Made by a program: the position numbers and the translations under genes. A stretch of DNA of 64,000 bases from Halobacteriovoraceae bacterium (GTDB lineage: Bacteria; Bdellovibrionota; Bacteriovoracia; Bacteriovoracales; Bacteriovoracaceae), in the NCBI GenBank assembly GCA_963719505.1, contig CAVRCF010000004.1:1-64000 (forward strand), given 5' to 3'. The first letter of the stretch is position 1; every line of letters begins with the position of its first letter. The notes under the pieces are model-generated. The model saw nothing but the letters and a program-made list of their open reading frames with translations. It had not been told where the DNA came from and did no database searches. Of this stretch, positions 36,085 through 44,251 are shown one piece after another.

Positions 36085-36539
36085 AATTCGAAGTTGGTGA
36101 CAATATCTCAGGCGAAAGTATTACAACTGGTAAATACCTAGGGCTTGAAGCGATGTACGGAAAAGATTTTCACCGTATTTATGACAATACTAAAAAAATG
36201 ACAGTTTTTGTTCCTATTGGAGAAGAAGGTAAGTTGAGAAAACTTCCGACCAAAGATACGGTTATTTCTTCGTTAAAATCTTTTGCCAAAGGTGAATTAA
36301 TTGAGTCTGACCAAATTGATGGTAGCCGCTATAAATTCTTTAAAGATAAATTAAAGCTGGTTAATTTTAAGAAAAGTATTGAAGTTCTTCATGACCTAAC
36401 ACTCTTAAAAAAGAATAAAGAGATCACAGTTAGTGAAAGAAAACTCCTTACATCATTAAAAGATAAGTTACTGATTGAGATATCTTTTATCATGGGAATT
36501 GATATGGCCATGGCAGAAGAAAAAGTAACAATAAATTAA
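36081..36539 (+). CDS. Divergent CarD/CdnL-family transcription factor
   Basis: MKFEVGD, MTVFVP, LR.L, RYK...KL, EVLHDL, SERKLL...L..EIS pattern. Confidence 0.65.
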   Translation: MKFEVGDNISGESITTGKYLGLEAMYGKDFHRIYDNTKKMTVFVPIGEEGKLRKLPTKDTVISSLKSFAKGELIESDQIDGSRYKFFKDKLKLVNFKKSIEVLHDLTLLKKNKEITVSERKLLTSLKDKLLIEISFIMGIDMAMAEEKVTIN

Positions 36540-36547
36540 GAAGAAAA

Positions 36548-37507
36548 ATGAAGAAGTTAAAAGATATCAACTGGAATCATCTTTATGCCTTTCATGAGGT
36601 AGCAAAAGTCCAGTCGTTAAAGAAAGGTGCCAAAGGAATAGGTTTGGCATCTTCCACTTTAAGCGAACAGCTCAAAAAATTCGAAGAAAATTTAGAAGTT
36701 AGACTTTTTATTCGTAGCTCGAAAGGGCTCTCACTTACTCAAGAGGGTATTAAGCTCTTTGAGAGATCAAAAGTTATATTCGAAGAAGGAAATAAACTCC
36801 TTGAGCAATTCTCAGATGAGATTGTTGGAGGATATCCCGTCAATATTGGCATTGAAGAAACTGTTTCGAGTGATCTATCGACGGAGTTTGCGTCTCAGTA
36901 CTGGGATCTCTATACAAAGTACGGCACTGTAAATACTGTTAGGGAAGTTGGTCACGAGGCACTGGTTGAAAGTTTAGTAAGAGGAAATATTGACTGGGGA
37001 ATTAGCACCAGACCTCCAAGAAGGAAAACGATAGAGCACGCTGAAATTGGCTCCTTTGAAATTGTTTTTTGTTGTGCTAAAAATCTCTATCAAAAATTTA
37101 AAGACAAAAAAGATATTCTTATTAATATACCTTTTGCTGAAAGTAGTTGGGATAAGACATTAAATAAATCTATTTATAAACATATGAGAAAATTTAATAT
37201 TGTTCCAAAAGAAAAAATATCTAGTGACCATAGAGGATTTGTCGACAAGCTTTGTGAAAGAGGTCGTTGTGTGATGTTTATTCCTCAAAACCCTTTGGCC
37301 AACTATACTAAGTTAGAAACCTTTACCTTAGATGAGCCAATTAGAATTTCTTTGTACGCTATTTGGAAAAAAGGTGATGAATCAATGATCTCCATATCGA
37401 CATTGCAAAAGCTTATTGAGTCGAAAATCACCAACCTCCCAATTCGGTATGATGATATTGATTATCAAATAGAGGTCTCAGACGTTTCAAAAGAGAAGTT
37501 GAATTAA
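36548..37507 (+). CDS. LysR-family transcriptional regulator (NhaR-like N-terminus)
   Basis: INWNHLYAF HTH, STLSEQLKKFE...LFIR...LTQEG. Confidence 0.92.
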   Translation: MKKLKDINWNHLYAFHEVAKVQSLKKGAKGIGLASSTLSEQLKKFEENLEVRLFIRSSKGLSLTQEGIKLFERSKVIFEEGNKLLEQFSDEIVGGYPVNIGIEETVSSDLSTEFASQYWDLYTKYGTVNTVREVGHEALVESLVRGNIDWGISTRPPRRKTIEHAEIGSFEIVFCCAKNLYQKFKDKKDILINIPFAESSWDKTLNKSIYKHMRKFNIVPKEKISSDHRGFVDKLCERGRCVMFIPQNPLANYTKLETFTLDEPIRISLYAIWKKGDESMISISTLQKLIESKITNLPIRYDDIDYQIEVSDVSKEKLN

Positions 37508-37541
37508 TTCAGTAGCTTAAAGCTTCTTGACACCTTGGAAG

Positions 37542-37558
37542 GTTCGGTAAATACGAAC
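37542..37558. promoter_or_regulatory. LysR-type T-N11-A palindrome GTTCGGTAAATACGAAC
   Basis: Dyad upstream of small ORF 37642; a related copy TTCGGTAAAACCTAA lies at 35127-35141. Confidence 0.4.
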
Positions 37559-37641
37559 TTGTGAAAATACCAATATTATTGATTAAAGGGCTCATGTATA
37601 CTTATCTAGACATATTTATCACCACCAAATAGGAGATTAAA

Positions 37642-37812
37642 TTGAAAAAAGAGCACAAAGTTAAATCTAAAGAAACAAAGACGAAAACTGATTACAAGAA
37701 AGCTAAAAAAGAAATTAAAGATCTTATAGACTTTAATACGACGAAAGTTGAACCTTTAAATTTTACAAGAAAAAACCTTCTTGAAGATGAGGACTGCCTT
37801 TCTTATTTGTAG
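37642..37812 (+). CDS. Small Lys-rich protein (56 aa, TTG start)
   Basis: AGGAG RBS at 37631; open frame MKKEHKVKSKETK...DCLSYL followed by a terminator. Confidence 0.55.
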   Translation: MKKEHKVKSKETKTKTDYKKAKKEIKDLIDFNTTKVEPLNFTRKNLLEDEDCLSYL

Positions 37813-37835
37813 TAAAAAAAAATCTTTATAGTTAT

Positions 37836-37867
37836 AAAAGCCTCAAATTAGTTTGAGGCTTTTTTTT
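37836..37867. terminator. Bidirectional intrinsic terminator
   Basis: aaaaGCCTCAAA-ttag-TTTGAGGCtttttt between convergent genes. Confidence 0.85.
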
Positions 37868-37874
37868 ATTTTTT

Positions 37875-38762
37875 TTATGAGTCTTTATCTCTCTTTAAAA
37901 TTTCTTTTAAAGAATCGCCAGCTTCGAGAGTTCGAATTGGGAAAGGGATATTGAATCCTTGATCCACAAGAGCTTTTTTGACTAAGTTTATAGCATCGTG
38001 GCGGACCTGAAAATAATTTCCACCTGGATATTTGTACCACACTTGTCCAAAAAGGTTCACGCTACTTCCACCTAAGCTTTCTATGTAGGCATCTGGAGCT
38101 GGGTCGGTGAGAATTCCCGGAACAGAATTGAGAGCATCTAAAACGACTTTAACAGCTTTTGCTTGATCATCTTCATATCCAACACCCACTTCAATCTTAA
38201 TTTTTCTTTTTCCAAAGCTAGAGTAGTTAGTAAGTTCATTGGTTGTGAAGTCTTTATTTGGTATAAAGATATCTTGGCCGTCAAAATTCCTAACATGTGT
38301 ATCTCTAAGTCTTATATCAATGACGGTTCCCATAGTGCCCTTTATTTTGACAACATCCCCAATCTTTATTGGAGCTCGAAGGGCTAGCATGATACCTGCA
38401 ATGAAGTTTGAGGCAAGATCCTGGAAAGCAAAACCCAGTGCTAGTCCTATAACACCAACTCCGGCTAAGAGTGAGAAGACAGTCTTTTGAAGATCGAGCA
38501 CGCCAAGAGCAAAGACTAATCCCAAACATATAACAAGTATTTTTGCCGTAGAGGCCAATAAGCGTTCAATATTTTCATTGATATGAGTTTTCTTGAACAT
38601 TTTTAATGCCCAGTTATAAATGATCTTACTGAGGATCCAAAAGAAAATGACAATGAGAAGAGCGATAATAAGATTTGGGAGCATTTTTATGCTAGCTTCA
38701 GCCCATCCTTCGAGTTTATCGTAAAGTTTCGCAACTCCGTCTTTGATTGCGTTCATTTCCAT
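37875..38762 (-). CDS. mscS: Small-conductance mechanosensitive channel MscS
   Basis: GLALGFAFQD..SNFIAG, GD.V.I.G..G.V..I, IPFPIRT; ATG at 38762 has an AAGGAG RBS (ORF track extends to 38837). Confidence 0.92.
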   Translation of the reverse strand: MEMNAIKDGVAKLYDKLEGWAEASIKMLPNLIIALLIVIFFWILSKIIYNWALKMFKKTHINENIERLLASTAKILVICLGLVFALGVLDLQKTVFSLLAGVGVIGLALGFAFQDLASNFIAGIMLALRAPIKIGDVVKIKGTMGTVIDIRLRDTHVRNFDGQDIFIPNKDFTTNELTNYSSFGKRKIKIEVGVGYEDDQAKAVKVVLDALNSVPGILTDPAPDAYIESLGGSSVNLFGQVWYKYPGGNYFQVRHDAINLVKKALVDQGFNIPFPIRTLEAGDSLKEILKRDKDS

Positions 38763-38818
38763 TGGTTCTCCTTTTTCAAAATAACATACCAAACTATAAT
38801 CTATTTTCATTGATTTTA

Positions 38819-38836
38819 TGTGTAAAAAACTAAACA
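38819..38836. promoter_or_regulatory. 18-bp operator-like motif TGTGTAAAAAACTAAACA
   Basis: 57 bp upstream of the mscS start. Confidence 0.5.
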
Positions 38837-39092
38837 TTTAAAGTTTCTGTTGGCTTGGAAAATGAAGTGACTTTGGTTATTAATGATTAGGATAAAGGTA
38901 GAAGCATAGGCATAGATAACCTGTAGAGTATTGAATCGGCTTTTGATCGATCTATGTCTAAGTATATTTATCCGAGGCTTAATAAAAGTTATGAAATTGG
39001 TAAAAGAATGAGTATATTGGAAATAGAAGAAAAGAGTCTAACTTCAAAAGCATACTAGTAACCCAGCTGTGCCCGCTTCATGAAATTAGTAG

Positions 39093-39902
39093 GTGAGGAG
39101 AAAAATGAAAAAATCACTTATATTTCTTTTACTTTGTCTTGTTGCCAGTTCATGCGCGACTTACAAAGCGGATGAAACGTATAAAATAATTGAGGATATT
39201 CCTTACACAACTAATAAAACTGATGAAAGATTGCAAGGAGACCTCTACCTAAGTTCAAAAGATAATAGTCCTATTGTTTTTGTCGTTCACGGGGGCGGAT
39301 GGTCATCGAGAAACAAGTCAGATATGGATAATGTCAGTGTCTCATTGGCCAGCCACGGTTTTAATGTCTTCAACATCAATTATAGGCTAAGCCCTGAACA
39401 CAGACACCCTGCAGCTATAGAAGATCTCTCTGAAGCTGTTTTATTTATAAAAAAGAATTATCCTAAGATCGACAGCTCAAAAGTTGCTTTGTGGGGTTAT
39501 TCTTCCGGTGCTCACACGTCATTGATGTACGGGATGGTGCATAATCGCGAGGTAAAGGCAATCGTCAGTGGAGGAGCTCCTTATGATTTAGCTTGGTACA
39601 AGTTTTCACCCTACATAAAAGACTATCTTGGAGAACACAGAGAAGGTTTTCTAAAAGAATATTATGAAGCATCTCCGATAAACCACATACGCAAAGGAGG
39701 GCCTGCTTTTTTTCTTTATCACGGAAAGTCTGATAGTCTTTTAGAACATTCTCAAATGACTAACTTTGAAGGAAGACTCTTAATGGCAGGTGTTGAAGTT
39801 GAATCTCTCAGTGTTTCTTGGTGGGGCCACGCTACACTTTTGCTGTTTTCTAAAGAGCCAATTGTAAAAGGAATAAAATTTATTAAAAGAAAATTAAATT
39901 AG
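39093..39902 (+). CDS. Lipoprotein alpha/beta hydrolase (esterase/lipase)
   Basis: HGGGW, NYRL, GYSSG nucleophile, HG.SD, GH; lipobox SSC. Confidence 0.9.
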   Translation: MRRKMKKSLIFLLLCLVASSCATYKADETYKIIEDIPYTTNKTDERLQGDLYLSSKDNSPIVFVVHGGGWSSRNKSDMDNVSVSLASHGFNVFNINYRLSPEHRHPAAIEDLSEAVLFIKKNYPKIDSSKVALWGYSSGAHTSLMYGMVHNREVKAIVSGGAPYDLAWYKFSPYIKDYLGEHREGFLKEYYEASPINHIRKGGPAFFLYHGKSDSLLEHSQMTNFEGRLLMAGVEVESLSVSWWGHATLLLFSKEPIVKGIKFIKRKLN

Positions 39903-39911
39903 GAGAGTTAT

Positions 39912-40172
39912 ATGTTTACTAAAATTTACAATGCGTTAGGAGTAAAGGGAATAGTCGTCACATTATCAGCTTTTCTCTTTATCATCTTCTGTGTTCAAAA
40001 TACTGAACCCGTAGCAATCAATTTCTTTTTTTGGGAGCTAACTCAATTTCCTAAACTTTATCTTCTTGTACTACTTACTCTTTTTGGTTTTGTTGGAGGG
40101 TTTGTCGTTGGGAAGTTTGGATTTAAAAGACAAGAGCCGAAAGTGGAAAGCTCTGGGCCAAATATTATTTGA
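39912..40172 (+). CDS. LapA/DUF1049-like small membrane protein
   Basis: Two TM helices with FCVQNTEPVAINFFFW. Confidence 0.7.
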   Translation: MFTKIYNALGVKGIVVTLSAFLFIIFCVQNTEPVAINFFFWELTQFPKLYLLVLLTLFGFVGGFVVGKFGFKRQEPKVESSGPNII

Positions 40173-40953
40173 TTTTTTTTATGAATATGAAAGAGATGTC
40201 ATCATCCTTCTTCCAAGTCTCAGGGTTTTGTTCTTTACAAATTTCACAAAGCTTCTCAAAGCCTTCTTCGAAAGAGACCTTTTCAATAATTTCTTTAAGT
40301 TGATCATGGGAAAAATTATCAAATAATCCGTCACTTCCCAGTAAAATAAGATGGCCAATTTTTAATTCGATTTTTGAAGTTGTCTCCATTCGAATATTTT
40401 TATCGCCCAAAAGATTAAGAACATAATGTCTCATGGGGTCATCGAGAGACTCTTCTTGGTCAATCGTTCCACTTTCTATCATGTAGCCAACTTCTGACTG
40501 CGGAATATTTCTGTACATCTCATTGAGCTTTGAATTCCAATAAATAACTTCCGAGTCTCCAACACTTACTGATTGAAGCATATTATCTTCAATTTTGAGA
40601 CAGACAAGAGTCGTCCTCGCTCCCACTTTCAGGGCTTTTACGTTCTCGTTAGCATCAATACAGGTGTCAATCAAACCTCTGCCACTATCAAAAAAATTCG
40701 AATAGCTCTCAACTGCTACCTTAGAGGCTTCAGCTCCTTTAGGGTGGCCGCCGGCTCCGTCAGCGATGGCAAATAATATAGAATCTTCCTTTTCGCTTAT
40801 GATGAGTGAGTCTTCGTTGAGGCTTTTTGTCTTATTCTTAAACCTGAAATAACCAAACTTGTAGTTCTCATTTTCAATAAGTTTGTATTGATCTTCAGTA
40901 TCGCCGCTTAGGACAAAGTTCTTAGATGGCATCGGACCAGTCCATTTGTTCAA
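40165..40953 (-). CDS. PP2C-family Ser/Thr protein phosphatase
   Basis: NEDS, IADGAGGH, VGDS, GSDGLFDN, DDDIS; start may be 40932. Confidence 0.92.
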   Translation of the reverse strand: MNKWTGPMPSKNFVLSGDTEDQYKLIENENYKFGYFRFKNKTKSLNEDSLIISEKEDSILFAIADGAGGHPKGAEASKVAVESYSNFFDSGRGLIDTCIDANENVKALKVGARTTLVCLKIEDNMLQSVSVGDSEVIYWNSKLNEMYRNIPQSEVGYMIESGTIDQEESLDDPMRHYVLNLLGDKNIRMETTSKIELKIGHLILLGSDGLFDNFSHDQLKEIIEKVSFEEGFEKLCEICKEQNPETWKKDDDISFIFIKKIK

Positions 40954-41653
40954 GATGAAATCGTAAATGAGAGACCGTTTTAAATCGGCCTAGAATTAAG
41001 CTTCTTTTTAAGCCACAAACAATATATTTGATAGATGGAGGAAGGTCTTTGTAATACTTAGCCCCACCAAGGATGTCGTAAAAAATCCTAATTGTTTTTA
41101 TAATATCTTCATCTCTATTATCTTTTTTAGAGTCACCCCAGTGGTGAAAATCAATTATTTTGATGTCAAATTCAAGACCAAACTTTTTAATGATAATATT
41201 ATCGACGTGAAGATCTCCATGGTATTCTCCATTGAGATGAATGAATTCGAGACCACAAACTAATGAATAAAGAAGATGAATCCCAGCAAAAATACTTAGT
41301 TTTTTCCTCTTCTGTTTTTCAATTAAGTCACCAAGGATTTCCCCTTCAATAAGCTCACAGACAATACAAGCTATCTTCTGTCCCTTTATTTTAAATTTTT
41401 CATGTGAGTGAAAATTAACAATAAGCGGACTTTCTGACAGTTTATGGAGTTTCTTAGAGTTTCTAAGGCTGACTTGAAACTTTTTATTTCTTTGAGGATA
41501 AAAAAGCTTCAGGGCCCTTGGAATCTTTGAGTCGATCTCTAGAACCTTAAAGACTTCACCTTCCAATCCTGATCCAATATGATCTGTGATAATATACTTA
41601 TTACCAATAGTATCACCAGGCTCTAAATCAAAATTTTCAATCGTTTTTTCCAT
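40922..41653 (-). CDS. Compact Hanks-type Ser/Thr protein kinase
   Basis: IGSGLEGEVFKV, ALKLF, YHGDLHVDN, IIDF. Confidence 0.9.
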   Translation of the reverse strand: MEKTIENFDLEPGDTIGNKYIITDHIGSGLEGEVFKVLEIDSKIPRALKLFYPQRNKKFQVSLRNSKKLHKLSESPLIVNFHSHEKFKIKGQKIACIVCELIEGEILGDLIEKQKRKKLSIFAGIHLLYSLVCGLEFIHLNGEYHGDLHVDNIIIKKFGLEFDIKIIDFHHWGDSKKDNRDEDIIKTIRIFYDILGGAKYYKDLPPSIKYIVCGLKRSLILGRFKTVSHLRFHLEQMDWSDAI

Positions 41654-41754
41654 CGCTATATAATCAGCTGTTTTAACCTCTTTCGCAAGATTATCTTGCC
41701 ACTATTTTAATTCTTAGATACTTTTTAAGAACACTTTAATACAAGAGGATTGAG

Positions 41755-42333
41755 ATGAATTTCGACAGTTGGATTGAGAAGTTTTTTACTGGAGCCAGCG
41801 TTGCTTCGAGTAAACTAAAGAAGGCTTATCAAGCTCTAAGTCGAGAAAACTCAGCTCTTTACGCAATAAGTGCAGATCCGCCGACATGGGGACATGCGGA
41901 TATTATGATGCGCGCCTCAAAAAAGTTCTCTCGGGTCGTTTGGGCCATTGCTCAAAATCCAGAAAAAAACTACCTGTTCTCGATTGAAGAAAAAAAGAAA
42001 ATGATGCAGATCTATATTGATCATTATAAGCTAGAAAATGTTGAGATCAAAGTTGTCTCTGGTAGTACCGCTAGGTTTGCAAAAGATGAAAGTATAAGTT
42101 TCCTTATCAGAGGGCTGAGAAGCAGTTCTGATTATCAGATGGAGTTCGAGCTCTCTGTCGGTAATAGAGGTATTGCAAAGAAGATTGAGACCATCTGTAT
42201 GTTCTCCAAGCCACACTACGCCACAATTTCATCGTCGATTGTTAGACAAATAGCACTTTTAGACGAAGAAATATCCCAGTATGTTCATTCTAAGGTCGCA
42301 AAGATAATCAAAGATAAGGTGAAAACTCTTTAA
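41755..42333 (+). CDS. coaD: Pantetheine-phosphate adenylyltransferase
   Basis: DPPTWGH.DI, NPEK, IRGLR..SDY..E, ISSSIVRQIA. Confidence 0.88.
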   Translation: MNFDSWIEKFFTGASVASSKLKKAYQALSRENSALYAISADPPTWGHADIMMRASKKFSRVVWAIAQNPEKNYLFSIEEKKKMMQIYIDHYKLENVEIKVVSGSTARFAKDESISFLIRGLRSSSDYQMEFELSVGNRGIAKKIETICMFSKPHYATISSSIVRQIALLDEEISQYVHSKVAKIIKDKVKTL

Positions 42334-42380
42334 TGAAATTGAAGCGCTGTGGAAACATAAGTGGTATTGTCTTCTATTAA

Positions 42381-43406
42381 ATGGAGAATAATATGAAACA
42401 AGAAATATTTGATTTTAATATTGAAGACTACGAAGTTGGCAGACAGTATCAGGAGTTTGTTACTTTTCCCACTTTTTTTGGCGTGAGTCGGCAAGAGGTT
42501 CCATTCTATGTACATAGGGCGACAGAAGAGATTTCACCCTGCCTGGTAGTCACAGCATGTATTCATGGTGATGAAATAAATTCTTTGAGAATTGCTCAAA
42601 AATTAATGCAAAGTAAATTGAAAATTACGAAGGGTACTTTGATCATTATCCCTTTATTAAATATATATGGGTTTTATAACAAGTCGAGATACCTTCCAGA
42701 TAGAAAAGACCTTAATAGGTTTTTCCCAGGAAACCAGAATGGAAGTTTTGGATCAAAATTTGCCGATTTTTGCTTCAAAAATATATCAAGGTACGGCGAT
42801 ATTTATATCGATCTCCATTCCGGGGGAGTCGGAAGATTTAATATTCCTCAGATTAGAATTGATATGAAAGACAAAAGATTGAAAAAGCTTCTTCCCAACC
42901 TTAGTATTCCAGTCGCTGTCAATAGTAATCCCGGTCAGGGATCGCTTAGGGCGGCACTCAAGGCGATTGATAAACCTTGTATTGTTTTTGAAGGCGGCGA
43001 GGGATTGAGACTAAATACATCGATAACAAATTACGGGGTTAATTTAGTCAAGAGTGTCTTAGTCGAATATAAAATGTTGAGACCAAAAAAGAAGTTAAAA
43101 AAAGAAACTCTAAGGCTTATGAAAACGAGTTGGATGAGAACTGAACGCGGTGGACTTATGGTCAATAAGGTCAAGCCTGGTAAGGTTGTTCAAAAAGGTG
43201 AGGTTCTTGGAGAGGTAAGAAGAGTTACAGGTCAGCTTCTTAATAAGATTGTCGCTCCCCAAAATGCCGTTATCATCGGGATTTCTGAGTCGTCATTGCT
43301 CATGACGGGAGATCCCCTTTATCACCTAGGGTACTTTAGAGAAGAAGACTGCGATCAAGAAGATAATTTTCTTGATTTTTACGATATTGACATCGCTGAG
43401 GAATAG
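42381..43406 (+). CDS. Succinylglutamate desuccinylase/aspartoacylase (M14-like) family protein
   Basis: IHGDE, DLNRFFPG, IDLHSG, FEGGE. Confidence 0.9.
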   Translation: MENNMKQEIFDFNIEDYEVGRQYQEFVTFPTFFGVSRQEVPFYVHRATEEISPCLVVTACIHGDEINSLRIAQKLMQSKLKITKGTLIIIPLLNIYGFYNKSRYLPDRKDLNRFFPGNQNGSFGSKFADFCFKNISRYGDIYIDLHSGGVGRFNIPQIRIDMKDKRLKKLLPNLSIPVAVNSNPGQGSLRAALKAIDKPCIVFEGGEGLRLNTSITNYGVNLVKSVLVEYKMLRPKKKLKKETLRLMKTSWMRTERGGLMVNKVKPGKVVQKGEVLGEVRRVTGQLLNKIVAPQNAVIIGISESSLLMTGDPLYHLGYFREEDCDQEDNFLDFYDIDIAEE

Positions 43407-43408
43407 AG

Positions 43409-44251
43409 ATGGTTTTAGAATCCTGGCTTTCGCAGGGCTATAATTTAAGGCAAGTAGTACTAACACTTCTTTTGATAGTAGCAGTTGTAGTTTTTAAGTT
43501 TATCTTTAATTTTCGAGTGAGAAAAAGTAAGAAGATTACTTCTGTCGAAAAAATTAGAAAAATTAAATCTACCTCAAATTATTTAACTTTTTTCACTTTT
43601 ATACTTCTTTTCGTTCTTTGGTTCTCCCACCTTCAAACTGTCATGATCTCTTTGGTTGCTGTTGCAGCAGCTATCGTAGTAGCCACAAAAGAAGTTATCA
43701 TGACGTTCATGGGTGGTGTCTTAATAAAAATCAATAATCACTATGATGTTGGAGACAGAATAGAAGTCGATGGCATAAGAGGATTTGTAGTCGAGAGAAA
43801 TTTGACGACAACGAAGGTTCTAGAGATTGGTCCAGAGAAACATTCTCAGCAGACAACCGGTGATATTATTACAATACCGAATTCATTGGTTCTAACAAAA
43901 GCTGTTGTCAACGAGTCTTACTTTAAAAACTATTCAATTAAGTCGTTTGCATTCTCAATGCCCACGGGTGTAACTTTTGAAGAATTTGAAATTGAATTGT
44001 TGCAGTGGTCTCAAGAGATCTGTAAAGATTATTTAAAAGAAGCAAAGAAAATTATAGAAAAATTTTGTCACAAAGAAGGCCTTTTAATTCCCAATGTTGA
44101 GCCAAGGGTGAGGCTTGTGATGACAGACAAGAAAGAGCTGGAAGTCCTTCTTAAATTGCCTGCAAAAAATGAGTATATTGGAGATGTCGAGCAGAGTCTC
44201 TTTAGAAAATATGCCCATTATCTTATGACTTTAGAGAAGGCTAAAAGTTAA
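43409..44251 (+). CDS. MscS-family mechanosensitive channel
   Basis: Three TM helices, AAIVVATKE, VGDRIEVDGIRG.V, TIPNS. Confidence 0.88.
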   Translation: MVLESWLSQGYNLRQVVLTLLLIVAVVVFKFIFNFRVRKSKKITSVEKIRKIKSTSNYLTFFTFILLFVLWFSHLQTVMISLVAVAAAIVVATKEVIMTFMGGVLIKINNHYDVGDRIEVDGIRGFVVERNLTTTKVLEIGPEKHSQQTTGDIITIPNSLVLTKAVVNESYFKNYSIKSFAFSMPTGVTFEEFEIELLQWSQEICKDYLKEAKKIIEKFCHKEGLLIPNVEPRVRLVMTDKKELEVLLKLPAKNEYIGDVEQSLFRKYAHYLMTLEKAKS

